Shown: positions 16,701-24,746 of the stretch, one piece after another
Layout: the number at the start of each line of letters is the position of its first letter
Position numbering within the stretch: position 1 is the stretch's first letter
Source: a virus
DNA length: 64,000 nt
Direction: 5' to 3' (one strand)
Virus record (IMG/VR): IMGVR_UViG_3300034069_001889
Location: 13,723-77,722 of that record
The notes under the pieces: generated by a model
Told to the model about the DNA's origin: nothing
Seen by the model: only the letters and a program-made list of their open reading frames with translations
Database searches by the model: none
Program-made: the position numbers and the translations under genes

Positions 16701-19700
16701 TGTATTGAGGTTTGCTCAAGCCCGTGAGGTTGCGGATGGCGCCTTCGAAAATCGGGTTCGGGAGCCGTTCGGGAAGGTCAATGTGCGTGTACCCGCCGCC
16801 ATCGAGGCCACCCGTCTTGGCGCGGTCAAAGAACCCGCCTTTAATTTCTTGCATGTCTTTGCCCCGAACAAACTGCCAGTTATCGACGGCACCGTTTGAG
16901 AGTTTCAAGGTCTCTTTGTCGGTGAGGGGCGAGATTCCAAAATTCGAACCATTCTTCGTGACGTTGATGCCGGCGCCTTTGAGAAGGCCCAAAAACTTGT
17001 CGAACGCGAAGGTGGTCTTCGGGGGCGGCAGAGGCTTTCCGGTCGAAAGGTGATCCCAGAGCTCATCGTTGCGCTCGGATTTCATGTGCGCATCGTGCAG
17101 GTTCTTTTTGGCACCGTGGGAGAGCATCGAGTAAAAAGCGAGCGCGTCGACGCTCTTCGTTCCGGACTCACCACGACGGAGTGGCTGCATGTTGCGATCG
17201 TAACCAGAACCGGGCGTCCGCGCCGAGAAGCCGGACTTCCCCGTCTTGGCCAGACGGATGATGTGCGGAATCCCGACGCTCACTTCGCCAAGCTTGTTCC
17301 CTTTCGGGTCGTAGAGTGTCTCGGTGTCGGTCAGGCCCGCTTTTTTCAGATCAGCGATAATCTTGGTGTTGGTCGGCTCAGAGTCGAAATTTTTTACAAC
17401 GTAAGGTTTTCCCGTCTTATCCGCAATCTTCCCGGCGGCGGATTCATAGATCTGCCCAAGATTGATTCGGCTGATGACGCCGTGGGGGTTCAAGAACATA
17501 TCGGGCACCTGTCCGTCGGCGGTGCGGGGCGCTTCGCTATCGGGTATGACCTTCGAAATTACGCCCTTGTTCCCGTGTACGCCCGAAAGCTTATCAGACT
17601 CGCGCGCGGGCTCAATGGTCTTGACGTAGACGTGGTGGCCGTCCGAGTTTTTATTCACGTCCGTCACGATACCGGGATATTCGCCCGTGTACTTCACGGC
17701 CGCGTCAGCCCAAGGCACGGCCAGCGCCTTGTTGAGTTTTTGGAGCGTCTTGTTGGCAAGCGAGCCCGTGTTGTTGGCAAGGCCCGCGATCAAAATGTCG
17801 CCGGGCTTCACGCGGGCACCTTTTTTGATGACGCCGTTTTCGCCCAGCTGATTGCGCGCGTCCAAGGGAATCTTGCGGCCGTGGTAGGACTCCCACTTAC
17901 TGCCGTTAACAATAAACCGTCCGGCTTCGGGCTGAAAAGAGTGTTTGATCACTTGCTCGGCCGAAAGTTTCTTCGACGCCGACTCCGTGATGACGATCCC
18001 GTCTTCAAAGGTGTGGCCCGGGATTGGGAGGTAGGCGACCTTCAAATTTGTGCCCAGCGCCAAGGATCCGCCCTTGGTGAAGTTTGAATCCGCAATCAAC
18101 TGGCCGGCCTTGACCCGGTCGCCCACTTTCACGGTGGGCGTGTGGTGGATATACGTTTTTTGGTTGAGCGGGAAGTTGTTGTAGAGCGGAATCTTCTCGG
18201 AATCGATCTGGATGTAATCGGGACCGATGGCCTTGACCGTGCCGTTCTTACTCGCCGCTACGCTGAACTGCTTTCCGATCGCCTCCTGGAAGGTCTGCCC
18301 TTTGACGAGCTCCGTTTGCACGTGAGGCGCTTCGCGGTTGATCAGCGGCAGCGCCTGGCCGAGCTGTTTTGCCGCCATGGCCGTACGCGTGCCCTGGTTG
18401 TTCTTGAGGAACGGCACGAGATTGGAGGAGTGCGAGAAGAGGCCGATCGGGGTGGCCAGTACGCCGTCGACCTTGCCGCTGGGGACGACCATCACCTTGC
18501 CGCGATGCTGAACTTTGACACCGCTCGGGTTTTTGAACTTACCGTCGACGATCTCGTCAGGAAACGCCACTGCGCGGCCAAACATTTGGAGCGGAGTCAA
18601 ACGCTCGTGCTTTTTGGTTTTGGTGTTGTAAACCGACGCGTTGATTTCGCGCCCATTTTTCTGCACGCCCGCGGCCATGTGCAAAACCAAGCCCGTGGTG
18701 TCAGCCTCTGGCGTGTGCACGGGATCGACGAACCCAATGTGGGACGGGTGAACCTCGCGCAAATTGACCGGTACGGCGTGTTCTTGCGTAATACCACCCG
18801 TGCCCATGACCGTGAGCTTTGAAGCCCCGGCCAGCATGTTGATAGGATTGTATTGCTCGGGCGGGTTGACGCGGTCATCACCCTTAAAGAAAGCTTCGAC
18901 GGGCGACGTGAGCTTTCGAAAGTCGATCATCTTTTTGAGGTTTGCCCGACGTCCTAAATGCTTACCGATCAAATTTTTGAGCTGCTGCGTTTCTTTCTTG
19001 CTCGTAAGCTTGTCGTGCAGCATGTCTTCAACGGACCGCACTTCTTTAAACACTAGATTCTCGACGTCGTCAGGGTCGGCTTTGTGGTTGTGAACCTGGA
19101 GGATCTTTTTAGCTGTGTCCAGTACCAAGCCTTTGGAAAGCTCCGAGTGACTTGTCCCGAGGGTGATGCCCGTAATGCCCGGATCGACCTTCATCTTTGG
19201 CGCCGTTTGCTTGACCGCGTCCATTGCCGTCTGGCGGTTGTCCGTCGTCACGTTCGCAATCGACTTCGCAAGCTTGTGGTAGCCCGCGTCACGGTCATAC
19301 TTGCGGTTGGCCAGGAAAACATCTTCACCAATGGTTTTGATGATTTCTTGATCGCTGGCCCCGAGGGAGTGAAGTAGGGGCAGAATCCCGACCTTGGTTT
19401 TGTCGCCCATGACGACGTCGTAGCGATTTGTCTTGGAATCAAAATTGATGTCGAAGTTTTTCTGGCGCTCGCCCTGGGTTACGACCATGCCTTTGTAGGT
19501 ATCGCCCTTATCCGAGGCCGTGACGTACGTCCCGGGCTTGCGGATCATTTGGTTTGCAACCTGGTATTCGTTACCTGAGACGATATATGAGTGCCTAGGG
19601 GTCAATCTCGGGACCGTGGCAATCCGGATCTTTTCGATACGGTCGACGACCTTACCGTTTTCATCTTTGAGGACGAGCGAGGCCATAACGGGCACGCCCC

Positions 19701-19890
19701 AAGTGCCCCCGGCGAGCTTCACCTTTTTTTGGTCGGCGTAGTCATCTACCGCGGTGGTCTTGTCATCGAGCCAGATTTTAGGCGCGTCAATTCGGTGCCC
19801 GTTTTTCTCGACGGGAAAGAGCCTCTTGTACGCATCGACCACGGTAGAAGAGAGCTTCTGGAATTCGTCGGCACCTGAGAATGTACGCAT
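13780..19890 (-). CDS. rpoBC: Fused beta-beta' multi-subunit DNA-directed RNA polymerase (2036 aa)
   Basis: beta motifs DKLSGVHGNKGV and LNPHGVISRINLGQ; beta' motifs NRAPSLHKFSIMAF, NADIDGD, SGAKG, GLTTSDYF..YGVRKG, DDCGT, CIAPKGTCARC and GQAMSEPVTQFTMRTFHTGG; junction near 16950 with no stop. Confidence 0.95.
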   Translation of the reverse strand: MRTFSGADEFQKLSSTVVDAYKRLFPVEKNGHRIDAPKIWLDDKTTAVDDYADQKKVKLAGGTWGVPVMASLVLKDENGKVVDRIEKIRIATVPRLTPRHSYIVSGNEYQVANQMIRKPGTYVTASDKGDTYKGMVVTQGERQKNFDINFDSKTNRYDVVMGDKTKVGILPLLHSLGASDQEIIKTIGEDVFLANRKYDRDAGYHKLAKSIANVTTDNRQTAMDAVKQTAPKMKVDPGITGITLGTSHSELSKGLVLDTAKKILQVHNHKADPDDVENLVFKEVRSVEDMLHDKLTSKKETQQLKNLIGKHLGRRANLKKMIDFRKLTSPVEAFFKGDDRVNPPEQYNPINMLAGASKLTVMGTGGITQEHAVPVNLREVHPSHIGFVDPVHTPEADTTGLVLHMAAGVQKNGREINASVYNTKTKKHERLTPLQMFGRAVAFPDEIVDGKFKNPSGVKVQHRGKVMVVPSGKVDGVLATPIGLFSHSSNLVPFLKNNQGTRTAMAAKQLGQALPLINREAPHVQTELVKGQTFQEAIGKQFSVAASKNGTVKAIGPDYIQIDSEKIPLYNNFPLNQKTYIHHTPTVKVGDRVKAGQLIADSNFTKGGSLALGTNLKVAYLPIPGHTFEDGIVITESASKKLSAEQVIKHSFQPEAGRFIVNGSKWESYHGRKIPLDARNQLGENGVIKKGARVKPGDILIAGLANNTGSLANKTLQKLNKALAVPWADAAVKYTGEYPGIVTDVNKNSDGHHVYVKTIEPARESDKLSGVHGNKGVISKVIPDSEAPRTADGQVPDMFLNPHGVISRINLGQIYESAAGKIADKTGKPYVVKNFDSEPTNTKIIADLKKAGLTDTETLYDPKGNKLGEVSVGIPHIIRLAKTGKSGFSARTPGSGYDRNMQPLRRGESGTKSVDALAFYSMLSHGAKKNLHDAHMKSERNDELWDHLSTGKPLPPPKTTFAFDKFLGLLKGAGINVTKNGSNFGISPLTDKETLKLSNGAVDNWQFVRGKDMQEIKGGFFDRAKTGGLDGGGYTHIDLPERLPNPIFEGAIRNLTGLSKPQYNDLIAGKRFLGKDGKITDKTSPGYVTGGEAISHLLKGIDVEQEMKNASALLKSRAAKPDTKATEIDSLNRKVRYLAALKELNLKPTDAYTRSTVPVVPPKFRPIEELPGIGRSVSPSNYLYQGLGILAEAHKYPVMKYLDDSEKAQLRQETYKQTRVISGLEALYPRGKDQPAEGFLQQISNNQPKQGFFLNKLITKKQDLVGRGVITNGPDLHVDEIGIPEKMAWSIFKPFIVSEFVKAGYAPVDARQEVEKKTVRARQQLEAVMKKRTVMMNRAPSLHKFSIMAFKPQLTDGLAIKVPPLVFKGFNADIDGDAVNIHVPISQEALTESHKMLPSNNLWNPGTGELMLVPSQEAAIGLYLLSQNPEGRARINKLLPSGFHVTKQLNKAGAREFFKDLAKKEPNKFATLVQELKNLGDQHSYQTGFSASIKDLQVDNRERDRLFAMADRAVAALRKKEKAGVGLDAKISEIYEKAATQAYETSGKKQLKDSGSSFYRMVESGAKGNDLQLRQMVTAPGILVDSKNRKVPVPVKNSYAEGLTTSDYFIASYGVRKGMMDRTLQTSKPGALNKDILAATVDNIITVDDCGTKKGLKLPLDRTQDIYDRYLSRDQHGYARNTLVTPQVLSSLRKKGAKTVDVRTPLECIAPKGTCARCFGIDEHGAKPSLGDNIGAKMGQAMSEPVTQFTMRTFHTGGVAGAATVSGFNRVNQLVNQPAHLAREATMATNEGKVSKITKAPAGGHVIEVGDKRYTTHPDLKLNVRVGDRVKVGDNMTEGVTKPQNLARYKGLDAAQNYIVDELQNTYAGQGVNMHRRVFETVVRSVANNTQVLHAPKHMNVLPGDVMPYTTAKHYNEQRAKKVHVEDSAGYHLQNNVGKLPALHEIQDKDIPYLKAAGFRNEIDVLKDPLLHKPMIKAITEIPFTKKNWMAQLGYRKIKNTLTEGAAQNWSSDVADNHPIPAFAHGASFGKKKETY

Positions 19891-19962
19891 AGACCGCCCA
19901 TTTTACACTGTCGGAGCCCGGATCGGCAGTCCCAACCGCACGGCAAATAATAACACAGTGCA

Positions 19963-19972
19963 GATATAAGTA
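19963..19972 (+). promoter_or_regulatory. Candidate promoter motif GATATAAGTT
   Basis: Lies in the AT-rich divergent gap before the 205-aa gene; same motif class as 11844. Confidence 0.45.
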
Positions 19973-20027
19973 TTATATGAGGTCCGGAAACTGATTTCTG
20001 GATTTCTAACACCCGCAGGAGGGGAAC

Positions 20028-20645
20028 ATGCAATCATCAGACACATCACCATTCGAAAATCCCGAGGGCTCGAAGAGTCCGCCTGAGAATCCGTTCGCCA
20101 ACGTTTCGGCGTTCAACAGCGAGTCCAATCCGTTCGAGAGCGAAAAGAGCTTTGGCGCTCCGCCACCGCCTCAACTCAGCAAAGTCGAGCGATTCATGCA
20201 GCAGCACGAGGAACAACCTTCGTACGTCCCGACGCTTGTCGAGACGGCGACGGGTTACGAGATTCAGTTTCTGCTGCAGTCCAATGCGCAGATATACGGT
20301 ATGCCGTCAGTCTCCCAGCAAATTCCGCAAATCGTGGGGTTTGGCCAAAAGGTCGGCACGGCCGCGGTGGGCGTGGCTTCTCACGCGGGCCGCATCGTGG
20401 GCTACAGCTTCTTGACGGCGTTTCAGCTCGCGGTCACAAAGTTCTTCATGGAGTGGCTCGCCGGCATGACGAGGGCGACCATGCAGAGTGCTGCGGACCG
20501 TGGTCTACCCGTGCAGCGTATCGACACCGAGGGGATCTCGTATCACCCAAATGGTCAGGCGCCGCAAGGGTCGCAGCAAAATCAAAACAGTCAAAGCCGC
20601 AACTCCGCAGATTCCCCGTTCGGGGCGCCACCGCGGGTTTGGTGA
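20028..20645 (+). CDS. Hypothetical protein (205 aa) with disordered xPF-motif termini and a hydrophobic central helix
   Basis: AGGAGGGG RBS; followed by a terminator; SPF/NPF/NPF/SPF motifs. Confidence 0.8.
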   Translation: MQSSDTSPFENPEGSKSPPENPFANVSAFNSESNPFESEKSFGAPPPPQLSKVERFMQQHEEQPSYVPTLVETATGYEIQFLLQSNAQIYGMPSVSQQIPQIVGFGQKVGTAAVGVASHAGRIVGYSFLTAFQLAVTKFFMEWLAGMTRATMQSAADRGLPVQRIDTEGISYHPNGQAPQGSQQNQNSQSRNSADSPFGAPPRVW

Positions 20646-20648
20646 GAC

Positions 20649-20679
20649 AAAAAGAGGGGCGGTCACCGCCTCTTTTTTT
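20649..20679. terminator. Bidirectional intrinsic terminator
   Basis: AAAAAGAG-GGGCGG-tca-CCGCC-TCTTTTTT between convergent genes. Confidence 0.75.
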
Positions 20680-21022
20680 ACATCGATGGATATTGCGATT
20701 GCGGAAAGTCGGACTGGCCGTATTGATCGCTATCGTATGCGTTCTGACTTCGCTCTTGCAGCTTGCGGTGTACTTTTTTGACACCTTTGTAATAAAGCCC
20801 GGCGGCTACGGCCGATGGTAGACTTTGCGCCGCGGCCCCTCGCAACGCGTTCCGTCCCTCACCGGTCGACAGCAGTTGTTTGTATCGACCACGGTATTGC
20901 CCGAGCTCGCCTAAAGCTTTACGTGCCCCGCCGAACGTCAGGGCACTGCCCACGGTCTCGCCGGCCGCAGCTTTGAGACCATCACGCAATCCAGCAACTT
21001 TCACAAAACCTACAACGAACAT
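20678..21022 (-). CDS. Small basic Gly/Ala-rich protein with MFVVGFVKVA leader
   Basis: Leader motif variant; last gene of the portal-containing run. Confidence 0.8.
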   Translation of the reverse strand: MFVVGFVKVAGLRDGLKAAAGETVGSALTFGGARKALGELGQYRGRYKQLLSTGEGRNALRGAAAQSLPSAVAAGLYYKGVKKVHRKLQERSQNAYDSDQYGQSDFPQSQYPSM

Positions 21023-21222
21023 ATTTCATACTCCACGCGCACGTACGGGCGTTCGTTTACCTTTTGAGCTTCGCCCTCAAACTCGATTTCAGAGCGTTTG
21101 TCATACTTGCGCTCGATTATATTGATCGAGGGGTCGTTCAACAGTTCCTCGAAACTCTTGAGATCTCGACCATCGTCGAGATAAAAGGTCGACACCTTTC
21201 GCTCAGTACGGACGATATACAC
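21010..21222 (-). CDS. Hypothetical protein (~70 aa)
   Basis: Probable GTG start at 21222 with AGGGA RBS; overlaps both neighbours slightly. Confidence 0.6.
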   Translation of the reverse strand: MYIVRTERKVSTFYLDDGRDLKSFEELLNDPSINIIERKYDKRSEIEFEGEAQKVNERPYVRVEYEICSL

Positions 21223-21604
21223 TGTTGAATCCCTGGGCGAAGGCCCCGTCGTAAACCGCCTCTTCGGCGGCTTTTGGGTGAGGCATCGCCGCCATTGGCT
21301 CACGCGCAACGATGTTGCGGAGCATGTAGCGCATCTCCGCCTCATCCCGAACGTTTTCGTACTTTTGGAGGGAGGCCGCGCTCAGGCCCGTAATAGCCCC
21401 TCCGGCAAGACCGGCCACGGCCGCGCCCATCAGCGGGTTTCGCCCCCGAAGTGCTTGTAAAGCGCCTCCAAAGGGCGCGGCGATCAAAGTTCCGCGTGCG
21501 CTGCCTTTGAGCGCTGCAACGAGCGGCGAGCGCTTCAAACGCGCACTTTCTTCCGCAATCAGTACGGGAAGGGGCTTGTCCGTCTTGTAAGACTGCTCGG
21601 ACAT
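21203..21604 (-). CDS. Glycine-zipper membrane-type protein (133 aa)
   Basis: GAAVAGLAGGAITGL hydrophobic GxxxG repeats; ATG overlaps the portal stop. Confidence 0.7.
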   Translation of the reverse strand: MSEQSYKTDKPLPVLIAEESARLKRSPLVAALKGSARGTLIAAPFGGALQALRGRNPLMGAAVAGLAGGAITGLSAASLQKYENVRDEAEMRYMLRNIVAREPMAAMPHPKAAEEAVYDGAFAQGFNSVYRPY

Positions 21605-23559
21605 TAGACGCCTCCCTGACGACGCGGCGGCTTTTGCTCAGGCATCGGCGTCATGTTGATCGTCACGTTCTTCGGGGCCGTCTTGGCGGCTTTCGCTTGC
21701 GCCTCGGCTTTCACTTGAGCGACCTGCACTTTGGTCTGTTCTTTTTCAGCCACCTGCTGCTGTTGCTGTTGTTGCTGCTGCGCCTGCTGATCGTCGGCCG
21801 CGGCCTGTTCCTGCTGTTGCTGCTGCGCTTGCACGTCTTGACTAGTTGGAACAGCGGGGTGCCCGACCGCTAGGTTTTGGAGTGCGCGTTGCAGAAGATC
21901 TGAGAAGCCCTGGTCGAGAGCCTTGACGCGTTCGAGATAAGCCTCTTGCTCTTCTGGTGACGCTTGAGCGAGTCGTTCCGCAAGCGCCGTGATCGTGTCT
22001 GCCGTGACCTTGTCGACCGCCACTTGATTCTGAGCTTGGCCATTCGGGTCGTTTTGCTGGCGAACCGCGTAGCGCTGTTGAATTTCTTGCGCGCGCGCCT
22101 GACCTTCGGCCTGACGAGCCATTTCCGCCTGCTGAATCTTGCCGTAAAACTGCGACTCTTCTTCCAGTTTCTGACGGACGGTGCCGGGGTCGCGACCAAA
22201 TTCGCGCTGAATGTCTTCCCACGGGAGACGGTTGCTCGACGCCATACTGATCATGAGCTGCATCTTTTGCATGTCGTCGGCCATTTTGAAATCCGAGAAA
22301 CGGGCCGATTTTGGCGCCGCCTGGCCAAGATAAAGGCGCGCGCGTTCAATCAACCAGATATTCATCTGGAGAAGTTGAGTGCGCTGGTGGAGGAAGTCGT
22401 TCTCAAGCGTTCTGAGCGAAACGCTCGAACCGGACCACTGCATCGTTCCGCCGCTCACGAATTCCTGGGGAATTCCGCAGGCGCCGATGATCCACTTCGC
22501 GAGAAAGTCCATCTCGGGCGTGAGCATGAGCGCTTTGCCATCGCCACCAATACGTTGGTAGCCAACGGGGAAGGGCAGGATGGCCTTGTAGTTGGTATCG
22601 CGTCGCTTGTTCGCGAGCTCGCGCTCCATCTGCTTCTTCCAGCTCGAAAGATCCGTGTTCGTGTAGGGATCCATTTTGCCGTTGGCCGCGGGAAAGATGA
22701 TGTCGAAGGGCACGATGTGCTCTTGCATCACGGCTTCTTGAGCGCGGCGAAGCGTGTAGTAGTGAAACAGATCTTTGAGCGCCGTCGCGATGCGCGGCAA
22801 GCCCCAACCCATGTCTTTCCCGGCCAGCGTCGGATTTTTTAAATGGAAAAGGTTGTCGTGGGCCAATTTGATTTTGCGCTTGAGCTTGATTGCCTCGATG
22901 TAGATCTGGGGCGTGTCCTCGATGATGTCGGGATCGCCCTGCATGATCTGTTTCTTCAAACGATCCGGGATGCTGTACATGTACGTGTGACGAGCCGTCG
23001 TCTCGTTGTACTTGATATCGATGTACTCCGGATTGATTCGAATCAGCCGCATGCTTTCGACCGATTTGAACGGAATGTCGATCATCTTCATGGCGCCGTG
23101 GTTGCCGCAGCTCCGGCACTTACCCTTCACGACTAGGTTGTCGATCTTTTTCATCACCTGCTTCCAGGGCGAACGGTGCTTACACGCCGAACACTCCAAA
23201 AGACGCGCGAACGGGTAATGCAACGTCACGAACGCGTTCCCGTAGCTCGTGAGATCGAGGTTACACTCCATATTGAAGGTTTTGATCTGGAGCGTGTTGT
23301 TGAGGAGCGTGCTCCAAAACTTCACGAGTTGGGGATCGTGATCCTCTAAAACCAAATCGGTCACGGGGTAGCGGGCAATTTTACCGAGCGCCGGTCCGAG
23401 GAAGGAGTTGTTCGTGCAATAGAAGTAGACCCACTTGAACAATTCCTTGATCGTCGGCGGGACGTACTGCTGCGAAACGTCAAAGAAGGGCGAGGGGTAG
23501 CTGGTGCGGAGCCCCTGATCTTTGCCCATTCTCAAACTAGCGTCGACTTGGCCGTTCAT
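21604..23559 (-). CDS. Putative portal protein (651 aa) with zinc-finger insertion and Gln-rich tail
   Basis: Size and helical/beta pattern are consistent with a portal (YPSPFFD..., ARYPVTDL, HIVPFDIIFP, PVGYQRIGGD); CSAC/CRSC insertion. The portal call is an inference. Confidence 0.55.
   Translation of the reverse strand: MNGQVDASLRMGKDQGLRTSYPSPFFDVSQQYVPPTIKELFKWVYFYCTNNSFLGPALGKIARYPVTDLVLEDHDPQLVKFWSTLLNNTLQIKTFNMECNLDLTSYGNAFVTLHYPFARLLECSACKHRSPWKQVMKKIDNLVVKGKCRSCGNHGAMKMIDIPFKSVESMRLIRINPEYIDIKYNETTARHTYMYSIPDRLKKQIMQGDPDIIEDTPQIYIEAIKLKRKIKLAHDNLFHLKNPTLAGKDMGWGLPRIATALKDLFHYYTLRRAQEAVMQEHIVPFDIIFPAANGKMDPYTNTDLSSWKKQMERELANKRRDTNYKAILPFPVGYQRIGGDGKALMLTPEMDFLAKWIIGACGIPQEFVSGGTMQWSGSSVSLRTLENDFLHQRTQLLQMNIWLIERARLYLGQAAPKSARFSDFKMADDMQKMQLMISMASSNRLPWEDIQREFGRDPGTVRQKLEEESQFYGKIQQAEMARQAEGQARAQEIQQRYAVRQQNDPNGQAQNQVAVDKVTADTITALAERLAQASPEEQEAYLERVKALDQGFSDLLQRALQNLAVGHPAVPTSQDVQAQQQQQEQAAADDQQAQQQQQQQQQVAEKEQTKVQVAQVKAEAQAKAAKTAPKNVTINMTPMPEQKPPRRQGGV
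21755..21836 (-). repeat. Low-complexity CAG/CAA (poly-Gln) tracts in the portal C-terminus
   Basis: Encodes QAQQQQQEQAAADDQQAQQQQQQQQQ. Confidence 0.85.
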
Positions 23560-24381
23560 TTAAGGCACATCCCCAAAAGGTGAAAATAGTGCCTTCAGGG
23601 TCGCTGGCCACGTCGATAGATCAAGCCAGCGCGTTTTAGGCACATCAATGGTCTCATTATAGCCTATGGCCGGGATGGCGAGAATATATTGGTGACCTTG
23701 GAGGAGTGGCAAAGCAACTCTTCCGTAAACATCCGAATAAACCTCGATAATACTATCGCCGACGCCCGATCCATCGGGGTAGGCCAGCTTGGCGCGTGTA
23801 GAGACACCTTCGATGGGCCGACCATTGGGCGTGATAAACCGTGCCTCCACCACGCACAAATCGGCGCCAATGATCTGGGGCGAAAAAGAAGCCGACGGTA
23901 AAGACTCAACGCCCGAAGTGACGGAAGTGACTCGGTAGGTGTCGAGTATGTCGCCCGTCTCGTCACTGAAATTGATGGTGTCCTCTTGAGGGTCTAGCGT
24001 TCCGGACACCGACCCAACTAAGCTAAACTCCAAGCGTGGCACCACGATTTTTGGCGCCAATCCTAAATTAGCGAGCCCCGGTGACTTGAAAAATTTGATG
24101 CGCCCTCGTCCACCGGTCAGTCGCAGCGCCACCGATGCGCCGTCCGTTGATGCGGAGGCCTTTAGCCCGCGCACTTGCGCGTTGATGTCGTCTGCGAAAT
24201 CTTCGGCCGACGTGCCCGTGAAGGTAACGGTCTGAATGTCGGGGGACACGACGGCCAAGCGAAGGGCGTCGCCCACCTGCAGGGCATTTGGGAAATCAAC
24301 GACGAGACCCGGCACCGACCGGTACACGTTGTAGGTGTCCACGTCCGAGTCGTCGTAAGGGAGCCAAGATAAGTTGATCAC
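23560..24381 (-). CDS. Virion structural-type protein (273 aa), beta-rich
   Basis: N-terminal YNVYRS; C-terminal domain similar to that of 32450..33373. Confidence 0.7.
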   Translation of the reverse strand: MINLSWLPYDDSDVDTYNVYRSVPGLVVDFPNALQVGDALRLAVVSPDIQTVTFTGTSAEDFADDINAQVRGLKASASTDGASVALRLTGGRGRIKFFKSPGLANLGLAPKIVVPRLEFSLVGSVSGTLDPQEDTINFSDETGDILDTYRVTSVTSGVESLPSASFSPQIIGADLCVVEARFITPNGRPIEGVSTRAKLAYPDGSGVGDSIIEVYSDVYGRVALPLLQGHQYILAIPAIGYNETIDVPKTRWLDLSTWPATLKALFSPFGDVP

Positions 24382-24539
24382 CGCGCTAGCCCTTTACCAA
24401 TGCGGGTGTTTCTAAGACCCACCCTTGAAATGCCTTTGATCGGGGGAACCTTGTTGAGCGTACGATTCATTTCATAGAACCACGCCGGTGCCGCCACCTT
24501 CATGAAACCTTTTGAGAACTTATGATCTGATGAGTTCAC
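24378..24539 (-). CDS. 53-aa basic protein with FSKGFMKVA leader motif (below ORF-track cut-off)
   Basis: Reads MNSSDHKFSKGFMKVAAPAWFYEMNRTLNKVPPIKGISRVGLRNTRIGKGLAR; GTG at 24539 with GGGGG upstream; its TGA overlaps the next gene's GTG (GTGA). Confidence 0.7.
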   Translation of the reverse strand: MNSSDHKFSKGFMKVAAPAWFYEMNRTLNKVPPIKGISRVGLRNTRIGKGLAR

Positions 24540-24738
24540 TGAGCTTTACCCCCGCGCTTTCTGTCATCATGGCGATGGTCGCAATAAAGCCGTGGGCGCC
24601 CGGATAGTTCTGAGCCTTTTGGTCGGCCGGCTGACTATTCAAGGTCGGAATGATCTCGTTTTTAAACTCATCCGGAATATCGGACGGATTTGAAAAAACG
24701 ACGATCGACCCGGTTGTAATTGCCCCCATGAGCGCCAT
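24520..24738 (-). CDS. Hypothetical protein (72 aa)
   Basis: GAGGA RBS; in operon order. Confidence 0.65.
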   Translation of the reverse strand: MALMGAITTGSIVVFSNPSDIPDEFKNEIIPTLNSQPADQKAQNYPGAHGFIATIAMMTESAGVKLSELIRS

Positions 24739-24746
24739 GACAGTCC

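Noticed and set aside
19846-19890. RNAP N-terminus (DEFQKLS) as a tag variant
   Set aside because: It matches only F-x-K-x-S and lacks FxxG; too weak to claim, but worth rechecking if virion MS finds the RNAP.
21203-21240. FAQGF near the C-terminus of the glycine-zipper protein
   Set aside because: It has FxxGF but no K-x-A, and it lies in a gene overlap; probably coincidental.
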